Below the pieces are notes generated by a model. The model made no database searches. It was not told where the DNA came from and saw only the letters and a list, made by a program, of their open reading frames with translations. DNA of 64,000 nt from Nanobdellota archaeon (lineage in GTDB: Archaea; Nanobdellota; Nanobdellia; Woesearchaeales; UBA583), in NCBI GenBank assembly GCA_022565615.1, contig JAIUMM010000003.1, positions 1,012 to 65,011 on the forward strand, read 5' to 3'. Position numbers and translations under genes: made by a program. Shown piece by piece: positions 20,072 through 30,517 of the stretch (the first letter of the stretch is position 1; each line of letters starts with the position of its first letter).

Positions 20072-20227
20072 ATGTCTAAAAAAGTAAAGCTAAAATGCCC
20101 TAAATGTAATTACACATCGAGGTTTAGTAAAGATAAATTGAAAGATCCTAGAAATTTGCCTTGTTCAAGTTGTAGTTTTAATTTAAATAATGAATACTTT
20201 AAATTTGTGTTAACTAAATATTTATGA
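20072..20227 (+). CDS. small zinc-ribbon protein (51 aa)
   Basis: My translation is MSKKVKLKCPKCNYTSRFSKDKLKDPRNLPCSSCSFNLNNEYFKFVLTKYL, with a CxxC...CxxC pattern. Below the ORF-track length cut-off. Confidence 0.45.
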   Translation: MSKKVKLKCPKCNYTSRFSKDKLKDPRNLPCSSCSFNLNNEYFKFVLTKYL

Positions 20228-20243
20228 TAAATAAAGTATGAAA

Positions 20244-20525
20244 TTACAATTTAAATTTTTGATTTCTATTGTAAACTTTAAACTTAGACTTTATTACCAT
20301 TAATTCTTCTTCCAATCTACTAAATATTGCATCAATTTGTTCTTCATTAAACTCATAAATAACTTTATTTGATAAATTAGATAATATTCTAAGTTCTTCT
20401 AATATTTTACTAACCCTTTTTTCTGCAAGTCTTTTAAATTTCTCTTGCTTATTCTCCAAATTTATTTTTTTATTGAAAATCTCATTATTTTTTTCCTTTT
20501 GATAATTTCTAGATAGTATATTCAT
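20244..20525 (-). CDS. hypothetical coiled-coil protein (93 aa)
   Basis: Heptad-like Lys/Glu-rich ORF. Its start lies 1 nt after the stop of the upstream 68-aa ORF. Confidence 0.35.
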   Translation of the reverse strand: MNILSRNYQKEKNNEIFNKKINLENKQEKFKRLAEKRVSKILEELRILSNLSNKVIYEFNEEQIDAIFSRLEEELMVIKSKFKVYNRNQKFKL

Positions 20526-20526
20526 T

Positions 20527-20733
20527 TTAATTATCCTCCATAATACTTTTTGTTAAACACTCCTCCTCAAGTGAATTCAATACACAGTTATTTGTTAATT
20601 CTAAAACTTCTATAACTAAATTTAATGATGCAGAATTTTCAATTGTAATTCTTTTTAATTTATAATCAATTATTTTTTTACTAAATAACTGCTTTAGTTT
20701 TCTTATTTCTTCTAATTTTGTATTAGTTTCCAT
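20527..20733 (-). CDS. hypothetical helical protein (68 aa)
   Basis: ORF tightly coupled to 20244-20525. No family recognised. Confidence 0.35.
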   Translation of the reverse strand: METNTKLEEIRKLKQLFSKKIIDYKLKRITIENSASLNLVIEVLELTNNCVLNSLEEECLTKSIMEDN

Positions 20734-20856
20734 TTGTAATTATATTAGTGTTTAAAAGTATTAAAATTAATATTGTAACAAAAAAAAGAAACTAATATAT
20801 TACAATTCAATATACCAATAAATATCTTTTTAAATTATGAACTTAATATATAGTTT

Positions 20857-21576
20857 ATGACTAACTTAAACTTTGATAATTTTGGTTTTATTTTAAATAA
20901 TAAAGAAGTTTTAGAATTTTTCAATAACAATATGAAAACATTATCACGAGAGTTCTCAAAGAAAGATATTAATAACTACTATAAAATATTTTCAAAATTA
21001 ATTAAAAAAAATATTATTTTAAGAATTAATAGTACTAATAAATATTTACTTTCATCTCAATATCATCTATTTCTAAGCAATAACTATAATTTAAATAAAG
21101 TTAAAGAGATTTATGAAAATAAGATTGAAGAAAATAAAAAATACAATAATAAAATATGTGAAAAAGATAGGATTAAAAACAAGAATCTTTCTAAAAAAGT
21201 TTCAAATAGCTTGAGTGATTCAAAAATAAAACCATTCTTTGAAAAATTTACACATATAACTGATGAAACTCTTAATCAATTCTTAATTGAAAATATTTTA
21301 TATACCAACAATAAAAACAAAATTAAAAAAGAAATTCTAATTATTATATATCAGTTAAATTTTGAGTATTTCACTAAAAAAATTATTTATAAATGTCATA
21401 AAAAAATTTTCTCCGTTAATATTAAAAAAGATAATTTTGATAAAATATTTCAAGAGTTGAAATACGGTTGTAAGGACCATGAAATATTGATAAAAAGTTT
21501 AAATATGAATAATAGATATAAAATTTTTACAGTAACAGAAGCAAGCAAAAAAATTAAAAATATAAATTTATTTTAA
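20857..21576 (+). CDS. hypothetical Asn/Lys-rich protein (239 aa)
   Basis: Long ORF in an extremely AT-rich stretch. No motif recognised. Confidence 0.4.
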   Translation: MTNLNFDNFGFILNNKEVLEFFNNNMKTLSREFSKKDINNYYKIFSKLIKKNIILRINSTNKYLLSSQYHLFLSNNYNLNKVKEIYENKIEENKKYNNKICEKDRIKNKNLSKKVSNSLSDSKIKPFFEKFTHITDETLNQFLIENILYTNNKNKIKKEILIIIYQLNFEYFTKKIIYKCHKKIFSVNIKKDNFDKIFQELKYGCKDHEILIKSLNMNNRYKIFTVTEASKKIKNINLF

Positions 21577-21642
21577 AAACAAAGTTATAATATACTTATA
21601 TGTCTGACAAATATTTTTATTGTAGTAATTGTTATTTAAAAT

Positions 21643-22023
21643 ATGGATACTCAAATTAATGCTAAACTATTTGAAAAATCTTATGCTAAAATCCATTCTC
21701 CAACATATCATATTTATGTATTAGAAAATCCTCTTCAAAATGCCTTTATTAATATAGTTGATGAAGATGAAATTACTTGTATTACAACACAAGAAATTGA
21801 AAATTTTAAAGAAAAAAATGAAAATTGGATTCGAGTTAGCATCTTCATAGATGCTCCTCCACAAAGTAAAGGAATTGCAGCCATATTAACACATCAATTT
21901 GCAACATATAACATAAGTATTGTACCTATTGCTTCATTTTCAAAAGCACACATATTTATTCAAAAAAAAGATTTAAATTTAGCAAAGAAATGTCTAAAAA
22001 GTTTAAATATTACAATAATATAA
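21643..22023 (+). CDS. ACT-domain protein (ACT_7-like)
   Basis: WIRVSIFIDAPPQSKGIAAILTHQFATYNISIVPIASFSKAHIFIQKKDLNLAKKCL fits the ACT_7 pattern (GI.A.i...la...IsI..iStf..dhilV...dl..A...L). Confidence 0.5.
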   Translation: MDTQINAKLFEKSYAKIHSPTYHIYVLENPLQNAFINIVDEDEITCITTQEIENFKEKNENWIRVSIFIDAPPQSKGIAAILTHQFATYNISIVPIASFSKAHIFIQKKDLNLAKKCLKSLNITII

Positions 22024-22025
22024 TC

Positions 22026-22892
22026 CTACTCTCTTCCTTCACTAAGCATCCCACACGCAGCTTCAATATCTTCTCCCATATTAAATCTAATAAAACATTT
22101 ATACCCTTTATCTCTAAGGGCTTGTTTAAACTCTTCACATCTTTTCATACTTGAAGCATAATATGTTATATCATTAATTTTCATAGAACCATTGAGTGGA
22201 ATTAAATTAAAATTTATGTTTTGTTCAAAGTCAATTTGAAGTAATGCATTTAAATCTTCTTCTAAATCGGTAAAATGTTCAATCATAATATACTCAATCA
22301 TCATTCCTGCTTTTCTTTGTCTTGAATACTCATTACATACTTCAACTAAATCTGTTATTGGAAATGGTTTTAAATATGGCATCAAAATATCTCTTTTTTC
22401 TTGAATTGCACTATGAAATGAAATTGCTAAATGAGATGGAAAATTTGTATTTACATACTCCTTCATTTTTGGTAAAATTCCTGAAGTAGAAATTGTTATT
22501 TTTTTATAAGGATATGAGTATTTTGAATTCAAGAACTTAATTGATGAAATTACATTTGTATAATTATTAAACGGCTCACCCATCCCCATAAACACAATTG
22601 AAGTGATATGTTGATGAGCATAAATTTGATTTTGTTTTGAATATTCTTTGAGATAGTTAAATGATTCTTCAAATTGTGCTACTATTTCTCCTTGAGTTAA
22701 ATTTCTAATAAAACCCATCTTAGCAGTTAAACAAAATTCGCAACCCATAGCGCATCCAACTTGAGATGAAATACATAAAGTAGTTTTATTATTTTTAAGA
22801 GGAATTAATACACAATGAAAACCTTCTTTAAACATAAGTTTTATTGTATTATCTTTAGAAGTTTCAATACTCTCAATAGTAGGAGATGACAT
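22026..22892 (-). CDS. RlmN/Cfr-family radical SAM rRNA/tRNA adenine-C methyltransferase (short form)
   Basis: TTLCISSQVGCAMGCEFCLTAKMG (methyl-carrier Cys plus the CxxxCxxC cluster), MGMGEPFNNY, and C-terminal EAACGML (second catalytic Cys). 288 aa, lacking the ~60-aa N-terminal domain of bacterial RlmN. Confidence 0.8.
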   Translation of the reverse strand: MSSPTIESIETSKDNTIKLMFKEGFHCVLIPLKNNKTTLCISSQVGCAMGCEFCLTAKMGFIRNLTQGEIVAQFEESFNYLKEYSKQNQIYAHQHITSIVFMGMGEPFNNYTNVISSIKFLNSKYSYPYKKITISTSGILPKMKEYVNTNFPSHLAISFHSAIQEKRDILMPYLKPFPITDLVEVCNEYSRQRKAGMMIEYIMIEHFTDLEEDLNALLQIDFEQNINFNLIPLNGSMKINDITYYASSMKRCEEFKQALRDKGYKCFIRFNMGEDIEAACGMLSEGRE

Positions 22893-22941
22893 TTATATTA
22901 TAATTAAAACATATTTCAATTAAAAAGAGTTTGGTTATTTA

Positions 22942-23568
22942 TTATAAATTAACTCTTTTTTTTTTAATCATCTCTAATACTTTTTCAAATAATTGTGCTT
23001 GACATATTGCATCATATAAAGCATGATGCTCTCTTTGATTTTTAAAGTCTATTGTTATATCTTTTAATGTTCCAGAAGTATCTTTAATAACTCCTCTATA
23101 CATTGAATTCATATCTTCACTTCTATTTCCAAATGGACTTTCATCTAAAAAATTATGAAAATACCAGTTTGAAAATTGTCTATCAAAACCAATTGGAGCT
23201 GCTGCTTCTACTTGAGCATTTTTTGAAGATTTAACTTCACTTAACCAATCTCTATACTCCTGCATTGCTAATTTAGGATCTTGAGCTTCATCCATTAATA
23301 ACTCTAATGTTCTTTTAGGATTAAATAATGGACTTCTTGAATTAAACTCATCTCCTCTTTCTTTTAATAAATCTAATTCTAAACAACCAATTCTAAGAGC
23401 ATTATCTTGAAAATTAATATTTAAAGGTTTAATTTCTCTATAAAATTGTTCACTTATATCTCCAACTACACATGCTCCTAATGAGAGCATTGAATATTTT
23501 GCAGGAATTGGTCCTGATGCTTCAATATCAAAAGAAATATATTGTTTATCTGTATTATTACGTACCAC
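22942..23568 (-). CDS. DEDDh-type 3'-5' exonuclease
   Basis: ISFDIEASGP (ExoI), an internal acidic motif, and HHALYDAICQAQLF (ExoIII with His); 208 aa. Confidence 0.65.
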   Translation of the reverse strand: MVRNNTDKQYISFDIEASGPIPAKYSMLSLGACVVGDISEQFYREIKPLNINFQDNALRIGCLELDLLKERGDEFNSRSPLFNPKRTLELLMDEAQDPKLAMQEYRDWLSEVKSSKNAQVEAAAPIGFDRQFSNWYFHNFLDESPFGNRSEDMNSMYRGVIKDTSGTLKDITIDFKNQREHHALYDAICQAQLFEKVLEMIKKKRVNL

Positions 23569-23604
23569 ATTACTGTTATATGATTTTAAGATATATAAAT
23601 CTAA

Positions 23605-23961
23605 CTACAGTACTAATTTGTAATCTGGAAAACAACTCTCTTCTCTATCATCCTCTTCAAAACCAAATTTTCTAAAAAAACCTAAGCTTTCTGCTTTATT
23701 TAAAACAATTGAAGAATAACCTAAATTTCTAGCTGTTTCAATTAAATATATCATTACCTGAGTTCCTGCTCCTTTTCTTTTATTTTCTACTCTAATACTA
23801 TTTAATATCAGTTCTTGATGAATTCCTCTATATAATCTTTGAGCTAGATTAAGAGTTACTTGTGATGAAGGAATGTATATATATGAAGGAGGAGTAATAA
23901 CTTTAGCTTTTAAAAAATTTTGAGAACATAACTGTATTAATTCTTCTAATTTATCATTCAT
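23605..23961 (-). CDS. GNAT family N-acetyltransferase
   Basis: RKGAGTQVMIYLIETARNLGYSSIVLN...FFRKFGFEE (acetyl-CoA-binding motif A). Confidence 0.7.
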   Translation of the reverse strand: MNDKLEELIQLCSQNFLKAKVITPPSYIYIPSSQVTLNLAQRLYRGIHQELILNSIRVENKRKGAGTQVMIYLIETARNLGYSSIVLNKAESLGFFRKFGFEEDDREESCFPDYKLVL

Positions 23962-24030
23962 TATTGTATTTATATAGAATTTTAAAATATATTTTTAAAC
24001 TATAATAAATTGAGAATTTAAATTCACTAA

Positions 24031-24477
24031 TTAAGGTTTATTATAAAAATGTAGTATTTTCAAAAATCTTGGAGATTTGAATATTGGTTCAATAAAACGC
24101 TCAAAATGAACTAATCTCTCAACTTCTCTTCCTCTTCCAACTGCTCCTTGTGTATTATTCATTGCACTTGATAACTCTCCTACTAATCCTATTGCTTCAA
24201 ATACTCTAAATACTATAAAAAAAGGAAATAATGCTACAATATCAAACCAACTTGATTTTAAAAATTCAGGCCAATTACTAGCCCTATAAAATTTAAATAT
24301 TAAATCAAATGCAAAAATAGACAATCCAAATATTTGAAGTATAATAAAATATATATTAAACTTTAGATGAAATATTGGATAGAAAAAATGTATTATAAAA
24401 TCAACTGCTAATATCATAATTGCATACGGGAGAAGTTTATCAGTTAATGTGTGTAATTGAATTAAAAACTGGTGCAT
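24031..24477 (-). CDS. membrane protein resembling an isolated ion-transport/voltage-sensor-like module (tentative)
   Basis: Four hydrophobic helices. WFDIVALFPFFIVFRVFEAIG resembles the S3-S4 region of ion_trans proteins. No pore region. Confidence 0.3.
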   Translation of the reverse strand: MHQFLIQLHTLTDKLLPYAIMILAVDFIIHFFYPIFHLKFNIYFIILQIFGLSIFAFDLIFKFYRASNWPEFLKSSWFDIVALFPFFIVFRVFEAIGLVGELSSAMNNTQGAVGRGREVERLVHFERFIEPIFKSPRFLKILHFYNKP

Positions 24478-24546
24478 TATATTACTTTATTAAATGCATT
24501 ATTTAAAAAATGTTGTAATAACTCTCATCTACTTTATTTTTATGAA

Positions 24547-25020
24547 TTAATATTGATTAGGAGGAGGAGAGAGGAATTGTAATTTTTTAAGTTGTAATAA
24601 TTTAATTTCTTCAAGTACTTGATTTACAAATAGTTTAAACTCTTTAATATTTATATTATGTTTTTTCAAGTAATATTTGTATATATATTCTTCTACAAGA
24701 AAGTAATCATTATCAAATTTCACATTCAAATCTTTCCAAAGAATATCTTTTAAAGCATATGCATAACTTTGATTATATGAAATCTTTTCTTTAAGCATTA
24801 AGTATGCAATTGCTGGATAACCTAAATATCCTACATAATATGAACCATTATCATTACTCACAATTGCATGTTTTTTTTCATCATACTCAATAACATAATA
24901 TTTATTTCTACTTGAAGAATACACTCGTATCTCACCACTTTCTTCAACAATTCTCTTATCAACAATACATCCAAGAGCTTCATAAATTTTAATTGGAGGA
25001 GGATTTTTCCAAATAGACAT
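24547..25020 (-). CDS. hypothetical protein (157 aa)
   Basis: Clean ORF with non-extreme composition. No family recognised. Confidence 0.4.
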   Translation of the reverse strand: MSIWKNPPPIKIYEALGCIVDKRIVEESGEIRVYSSSRNKYYVIEYDEKKHAIVSNDNGSYYVGYLGYPAIAYLMLKEKISYNQSYAYALKDILWKDLNVKFDNDYFLVEEYIYKYYLKKHNINIKEFKLFVNQVLEEIKLLQLKKLQFLSPPPNQY

Positions 25021-25086
25021 AATCTAACTTTAGTATTTTAAACTATATAAATATATTTATAAAAGTTAAATTTGTATGTAATATAT

Positions 25087-25674
25087 ATGAAACATATTCT
25101 CTATATTATTCCTGGCTGGACTGAATCTACATCTCAAAGAGAATATCAAGAATTAAAAAAATATTTTTCAAGTAAAGGATTTAAAGTTATTGAAATTTCA
25201 ATTACATGGAAAAGAAGAGTAATGAGTCAGTATGTTGAAGAGTTTTTATCTCAATGTGTTCATTCTAGTACAGATAAAATTTCTATTCTAGGATATTCAT
25301 TTGGAGCAATGATTGCATTTGTTTCATCCCAACAAATTCAATATTCAAATATGATTCTCTGTTCATTATCTCCTTTTTTTAAAGAAGATTTGGATACTAT
25401 TCCTACAAAATGGAAAAACGCATTGGGTAAGAATAAATTAAAAGATTTTAATACTATTTCATTTGAAAATATAGCTAATCAATTCCTCTCTTCAACTTCT
25501 CTTTACTTATTTTATGGTGAACAAGAACCAACATTTCTAATTCAAAGAGTTCAAAAAACTCATACGAAAATTAAACCTTCACATATAATCTCAATTTCTA
25601 ATATGAAACATCAACTCTCTCATCCAAAATATATTGAGGCAATAAAAAATAATTTAAAAATAAATATTTCATAA
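25087..25674 (+). CDS. alpha/beta hydrolase
   Basis: Nucleophile elbow GYSFGA, with the N-terminus LYIIPGW preceding it. The ORF-track start is TTG at 25072; the first ATG is at 25087. Confidence 0.55.
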   Translation: MKHILYIIPGWTESTSQREYQELKKYFSSKGFKVIEISITWKRRVMSQYVEEFLSQCVHSSTDKISILGYSFGAMIAFVSSQQIQYSNMILCSLSPFFKEDLDTIPTKWKNALGKNKLKDFNTISFENIANQFLSSTSLYLFYGEQEPTFLIQRVQKTHTKIKPSHIISISNMKHQLSHPKYIEAIKNNLKINIS

Positions 25675-25712
25675 TTAAATAATATATGGTTCTCTCTTTT
25701 ACTCTTCCTCCC

Positions 25713-27833
25713 CTACTCTTTTTTCCCCTTCACCACAGAAGAAATTGCCATTTCAAAATCCTCTTTTCTAATTTCAACTTTCTCTTTTTTTTCTTGCTTC
25801 TTTCTTCTCAAAGCTAAGAGTCCAGCTTTTTGACATACTCCTTCAATAACAGCTCCTGAAACTGCTCCAACTTCTTTTGCAAGTTTTGTAATATCAACAT
25901 TTTTTGTAAGTGGCATATTTTTAGTATGAATATTAAATATTGCTTCTCGTGTTTTTTCATCAGGTAATCCTATTTCAATAATATTATCCAATCTTCCAGG
26001 TCTTTTAAGAGCTTCATCAATTAAATCAACACGATTTGTTGCAGCAATAATACTCACACCACTTAATTCTTCTACTCCATCTAACTCTGTGAGTAATTGA
26101 TTTACTATTTTATCATTTACATTATTTGAACTTGTTCCTCTTACACTTGCAATACTATCAAACTCATCAAAAAAAATAACACAAGGTGCTACTTGTTTTG
26201 CTTTTTTAAACATTTCACGAATTGCTTTTTCACTCTCACCAACCCATTTTGAAACTAGCTCAGGCCCTTTTACTGAAATAAAATTTGCTTCACATTCAGT
26301 AGCTACTGCTTTAGCCAGTAATGTTTTTCCAGTTCCAGGAGGACCTGTAAGTAATACTCCTTTTGGTGCTTTAATTCCAGCTTCTTTAAAACTCTCTGGC
26401 TCTTTTAAAGGCATCTCCACTTCTTCATATAATGCTTGTTTAGCTTCTTCAAGTCCTCCAATATCAGACCATTTTACATTTGGTTTTTGAATTAATACTT
26501 CTCTCATAGCAGAAGGTTCAACATGATGCAGAGCTTCTTCAAAATGTTGTTGAGTTACTTTAATAGTCTCAAGCACATTAGTAGGAACAGTTCCTTCAAA
26601 TTTTACTAAATCGGGAATGTATTTTTTAAGTGCCTTCATTGCAGCTTCTTTTGTTAAAACCTCTAAATCAGCTCCTGTAAATCCATGAGTTTGATTTGCA
26701 ATAATATCTAAATTTACATCTTCACTAAGTGGCATTCCTCTTGTATGTACTTCTAGAATTTCTTTTCTCCCTTCACGTGAAGGAGGATTAATTGGAATCT
26801 CTCTATCAAATCTCCCTGGTCTTCTAAGAGCAGGATCAATAGAATTAGGTCTATTAGTTGCAGCAATTACAACAACGTTTCCTCTCCCTTTAAGTCCATC
26901 CATAAGAGTTAATAACTGGGCTACAACTCTTCTCTCAGCTTCACCTTGAGTTTCATTTCTATTTGGTGCAATACTATCAATTTCATCTAAAAATATAATT
27001 GAGGGTGCTTGTTTTTCTGCATCTTCAAAAATTTCTCTGAGTTGTTTTTCGCTCTCTCCATAAAATTTAGACATAATTTCAGGCCCATTAATAGTAATAA
27101 AATGAGCATCTAATTCATTAGCCAAAGCTTTTGCAAGTAGTGTCTTTCCAGTTCCAGGAGGTCCATGTAAAAGAACCCCTTTAGGAGGAGAAATACCAAT
27201 TCTCTCAAAAACTTCAGGATGTTTCATTGGAATTTCAATCATTTCACGAATTGCGCTTACTTCTTCTTTTAATCCACCAATTTCATCATATGTAATACTT
27301 GGAACTTTAATATCTTTTGGATTTGTAACTTTCTCACTTACTTTTAACTCAGTATTAGCAGTCACTCTCACATATCCTTTTGGAGTTGTCTTAGTTACAA
27401 TATAATGCAGAGTTGAACCCATAATGTTAAAATTTACAACATTTCCTTTCAAAATTGGTTTTGCAAGTAATTTATTTTTAAAAATCTCAGTAGGATCTCC
27501 ACTAAATCTTACTTCTTGAGTTGGTGCAATCTCAACTCTTTTAGCTTCAATTACTTCAACTTTTTCAACTTGAACTTCATCTCCTAAACTAGCTTTTGCA
27601 TTATTTCTCAAAGAAGAATCCATTCTAATAATTCCTAAATTCTCATCTTGACTCTCAACTCTATACACTCTTGCAAGAACTTTATTATTTCCTTGAATTA
27701 ACACATACTCGCCATCACTAAGTCCTAGTTCAAACATTGATTTAGAATCAATTCTCACTCTACTAGTTCCAATATCTTCATGTGTAGTCTCAGCTACATT
27801 TAATATAATTTTAGATTTTTTTGAACTTTCCAT
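25713..27833 (-). CDS. cdc48: Cdc48/VCP-like AAA+ ATPase (two AAA domains)
   Basis: N-domain plus D1 ([43 protein letters not shown]) and D2 ([43 protein letters not shown]); 706 aa. Confidence 0.95.
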   Translation of the reverse strand: MESSKKSKIILNVAETTHEDIGTSRVRIDSKSMFELGLSDGEYVLIQGNNKVLARVYRVESQDENLGIIRMDSSLRNNAKASLGDEVQVEKVEVIEAKRVEIAPTQEVRFSGDPTEIFKNKLLAKPILKGNVVNFNIMGSTLHYIVTKTTPKGYVRVTANTELKVSEKVTNPKDIKVPSITYDEIGGLKEEVSAIREMIEIPMKHPEVFERIGISPPKGVLLHGPPGTGKTLLAKALANELDAHFITINGPEIMSKFYGESEKQLREIFEDAEKQAPSIIFLDEIDSIAPNRNETQGEAERRVVAQLLTLMDGLKGRGNVVVIAATNRPNSIDPALRRPGRFDREIPINPPSREGRKEILEVHTRGMPLSEDVNLDIIANQTHGFTGADLEVLTKEAAMKALKKYIPDLVKFEGTVPTNVLETIKVTQQHFEEALHHVEPSAMREVLIQKPNVKWSDIGGLEEAKQALYEEVEMPLKEPESFKEAGIKAPKGVLLTGPPGTGKTLLAKAVATECEANFISVKGPELVSKWVGESEKAIREMFKKAKQVAPCVIFFDEFDSIASVRGTSSNNVNDKIVNQLLTELDGVEELSGVSIIAATNRVDLIDEALKRPGRLDNIIEIGLPDEKTREAIFNIHTKNMPLTKNVDITKLAKEVGAVSGAVIEGVCQKAGLLALRRKKQEKKEKVEIRKEDFEMAISSVVKGKKE

Positions 27834-27949
27834 GAAAGTAAGTATGCATTAATAATTTATAAATTTAACTAATTTTTATCAAAAACGTAATATCATTAAA
27901 ATATTTAGGAAAATGTAAAATGATAATTTTGTGAAAATATAGAATAAAG

Positions 27950-28210
27950 TTATTCCTTTTCCCTATATTTTATTGTTAAAAAACCAATAACAAACCACAG
28001 TAAAGCATTAAGTCCTGTTACAATACTTGAAAAATATAAATCAAGTGTAAACATTGCAAAAGAAATTGCACTTAAACCAACACCAAGTGTAAATGTATTA
28101 ATTAAGCTTAAAGTTGAAACTTTTAATTTTAAAATCTCATAAATTTGCTCAGATAAAGAGAAAATAAAAATCGTATTTGCTAAAGCAATAACAATATCTT
28201 GCCAAATCAT
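27950..28210 (-). CDS. 3-TM protein, SemiSWEET/PQ-loop-like (tentative)
   Basis: 86 aa with three helices. SLSEQIYEILKLK sits where the PQ-loop motif (lPQi..i.k.k) would be, but Pro is replaced by Glu. Confidence 0.3.
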   Translation of the reverse strand: MIWQDIVIALANTIFIFSLSEQIYEILKLKVSTLSLINTFTLGVGLSAISFAMFTLDLYFSSIVTGLNALLWFVIGFLTIKYREKE

Positions 28211-28290
28211 AACTATACAAAGATAGTAATATTTATAAAAATTAGTTATTAGTTTAAAATGAAAATATTTAAATACATTAAATTTAAATT

Positions 28291-28935
28291 ATGGATATGA
28301 AAAGAACATCCCAAATTATAGGTTCTGGAAAATTTGGAATAATTTCAAGAATATCTAAAAAATTAAAAGACTATAAATCTGATTTAGAATTTACTAAAGA
28401 ATATATAATTAAAACTTTTACATCTGAGAAAGAATTAAATAATTCTCTAGAAATTTATAATCAATTAAAAAATTATGCACATATAAAAAATAAAATTCCT
28501 AAATATTATAAAAAAATAAATTCTAAACAAATTGCTATGCCAAGCTTAAGTAATGAATTTACAACATATTGTGTATCTTTTACAAACAAAAATTCTGATG
28601 ATTTTATTAAATTAAAATCATTAGAAATTCAAAATATCTTTCTCCTAGAAAATTTTCTTAATTCATTTTACAATATTAATGATATATTATATATGAATAA
28701 TATATTCTTCCCACCTGATTGCTATTTCTTTATATTTACATATAAACTAGAGTCTAAGTCTATCGAAATTGATTATATAATTGGAGATTTAGATAAGATT
28801 GAATTTGATTATTCTAAGAATAAAATGAATGAATGGAGTAATTATATTCTCTTTAAAGGAAGTTTATTACAACTACTAAAAAGCTTAGAAATTAATGAAG
28901 AATTAATAAAAAAAGTCGAAAGTATATTCAAATAA
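28291..28935 (+). CDS. hypothetical protein with protein-kinase-like glycine loop (tentative)
   Basis: IIGSGKFGIIS (GxGxFG), then YIIKTF (possible Lys of subdomain II), then IGDLDKI (DFG-like position). The rest is unrecognisable. Confidence 0.3.
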   Translation: MDMKRTSQIIGSGKFGIISRISKKLKDYKSDLEFTKEYIIKTFTSEKELNNSLEIYNQLKNYAHIKNKIPKYYKKINSKQIAMPSLSNEFTTYCVSFTNKNSDDFIKLKSLEIQNIFLLENFLNSFYNINDILYMNNIFFPPDCYFFIFTYKLESKSIEIDYIIGDLDKIEFDYSKNKMNEWSNYILFKGSLLQLLKSLEINEELIKKVESIFK

Positions 28936-29029
28936 TCTAAATAATTCTAATTTTAACTAATAATAAATAAAAAGAAACATAAAAGGACTAAAATAAAAAT
29001 CAAGTTTTTCTTTGAAAAACTTAGAAAAA

Positions 29030-29983
29030 CTACTCCTCTTTATCATCAATTCCTGACATATTTACAAAGAACATACATTCATTTTCAGGTAAATTTGGAC
29101 TATCAACTAATTTTGCAACTCTACTTCCTTTCTTTCCTTTTCTTAAATAAATTCTAAATGTAGAGGAGTGTCCTACAATGTGCCCTCCAATTGCTTGTGT
29201 TGGGTCACCAAACATGACATTTGGTTTTGACATTACTTGATTAGTAACCATTACACAACAATTATACATATCAGCAAGTTTTAGAAGTGTATGCATATGT
29301 TTATTCAACTTTTGCTGTCTCTCACTTAATGTTCCCCTTCCAATAAATTCTGCTCTAAAGTGTGCAGTGAGTGAATCTACAATCATTAAATTATATTCTC
29401 CTGTTTTAAGTAAATCCTCAGCTTTTTCACACAATAACATTTGGTGATCTGAATTATATGCTCTTGCTACTTTAATACTCTTTAAAGCTTGCTCAACATC
29501 AAGACCAACTTTTTGTGCCATTTGAATAATTCTCTCAGGTCTAAACGTATTTTCAGTATCAATATAAATTACCTTTCCTCCAAGTCCTCCTTGTTCTTTT
29601 GGAAGTTGTACATTTACTGCTAGTTGATGACCAATTTGTGTTTTTCCTGAACCAAATTCTCCATAACACTCAGTAATTGCACCAGTTTCAAACCCTCCTC
29701 CCATTACTTCATCAAACCCTAAACTTCCAGTTTTAATTTTATTAACATCTTGTCTTTTTTTTAAAATTTCATCAGCTGTGTCAAATCCCATATCAAGCAT
29801 ATCTCTTGCTGCTTGAATCATCTTTCTTGCAACACTATCACTCACTCCCGCTTCATTTGTTAAAATTCCAATAGATGATACTGCAACAGCAAGTAATGTA
29901 TCAATACCTGCAGCTTCAAGTTTTTCAGCAGTTGAAGGTCCAACTCCTGGTAAATCACTAATACCTAATTCTTTATCTTTCAT
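29030..29983 (-). CDS. radA: DNA repair and recombination protein RadA
   Basis: N-terminal HhH ([17 protein letters not shown]), Walker [10 protein letters not shown], Walker B LMIVDS; 317 aa. Confidence 0.95.
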   Translation of the reverse strand: MKDKELGISDLPGVGPSTAEKLEAAGIDTLLAVAVSSIGILTNEAGVSDSVARKMIQAARDMLDMGFDTADEILKKRQDVNKIKTGSLGFDEVMGGGFETGAITECYGEFGSGKTQIGHQLAVNVQLPKEQGGLGGKVIYIDTENTFRPERIIQMAQKVGLDVEQALKSIKVARAYNSDHQMLLCEKAEDLLKTGEYNLMIVDSLTAHFRAEFIGRGTLSERQQKLNKHMHTLLKLADMYNCCVMVTNQVMSKPNVMFGDPTQAIGGHIVGHSSTFRIYLRKGKKGSRVAKLVDSPNLPENECMFFVNMSGIDDKEE

Positions 29984-30079
29984 ACATATACAAGTATAAC
30001 TTTGATTTATAAGGTTTTTGTGTGAGAAGAGTAGAATTTATGTGTAAATGTTTATAAAAACTAGATTCTTATTTCATAT

Positions 30080-30490
30080 ATGGAAGATTCTAAATATGAA
30101 GAATTACTTGACACATGTTATAGTGAGTTACCTGAAGTTTTAAGTAAAAAACAACGATTTGAAATACCAGATGTGAAAGGTAGAGTGATTAAAACAAGAA
30201 CTATTATCAACAATTTTACTGATATTTCTAAACAATTTAATAGAGATTCTGCTCATATGTACAGATTTATGATTAAGTTTGTAGGTGTAAGAGGAGAAGT
30301 AAATGATAGAGGAGATGTTACATTATTTTCAAGGTTTCAACCTGCAATGCTCAATAAAGGAATACATGCATATTTTAATCAATTTGTTGAATGTAGTTAT
30401 TGTAAAAGTCCTGATACTGAACTTTTAGATAATAATTTGAAAATTAAATGTAAAGCATGTGGTCATGAAGAAAAAATTCCACAAATTTAA
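30080..30490 (+). CDS. eif2b: translation initiation factor aIF2 subunit beta
   Basis: YEELLDTCYSELPE..., RFEIP, and the C-terminal zinc knuckle CSYCKSPDT...CKACG; 136 aa. Confidence 0.9.
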   Translation: MEDSKYEELLDTCYSELPEVLSKKQRFEIPDVKGRVIKTRTIINNFTDISKQFNRDSAHMYRFMIKFVGVRGEVNDRGDVTLFSRFQPAMLNKGIHAYFNQFVECSYCKSPDTELLDNNLKIKCKACGHEEKIPQI

Positions 30491-30517
30491 TAATTTTATA
30501 ATATATTAGTTTTAAAA

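Noticed and set aside
25699-25728. A 15-nt echo at the cdc48 3' end (TACTCTTCCTCCCC next to TACTCTTTTTTCCCC)
   Set aside because: It is a short purine/pyrimidine-tract low-complexity match with an indel. It is too weak to count with the other 3'-end echoes.
29004-29030. The hairpin GTTTTTC-ttt-GAAAAAC and the repeated GAAAAAC heptamer between the convergent genes 28291-28935 and radA, as a terminator
   Set aside because: It is plausible, but archaeal termination mainly relies on oligo-T tracts, and such short AT-rich palindromes are frequent here. It is not strong enough to annotate.
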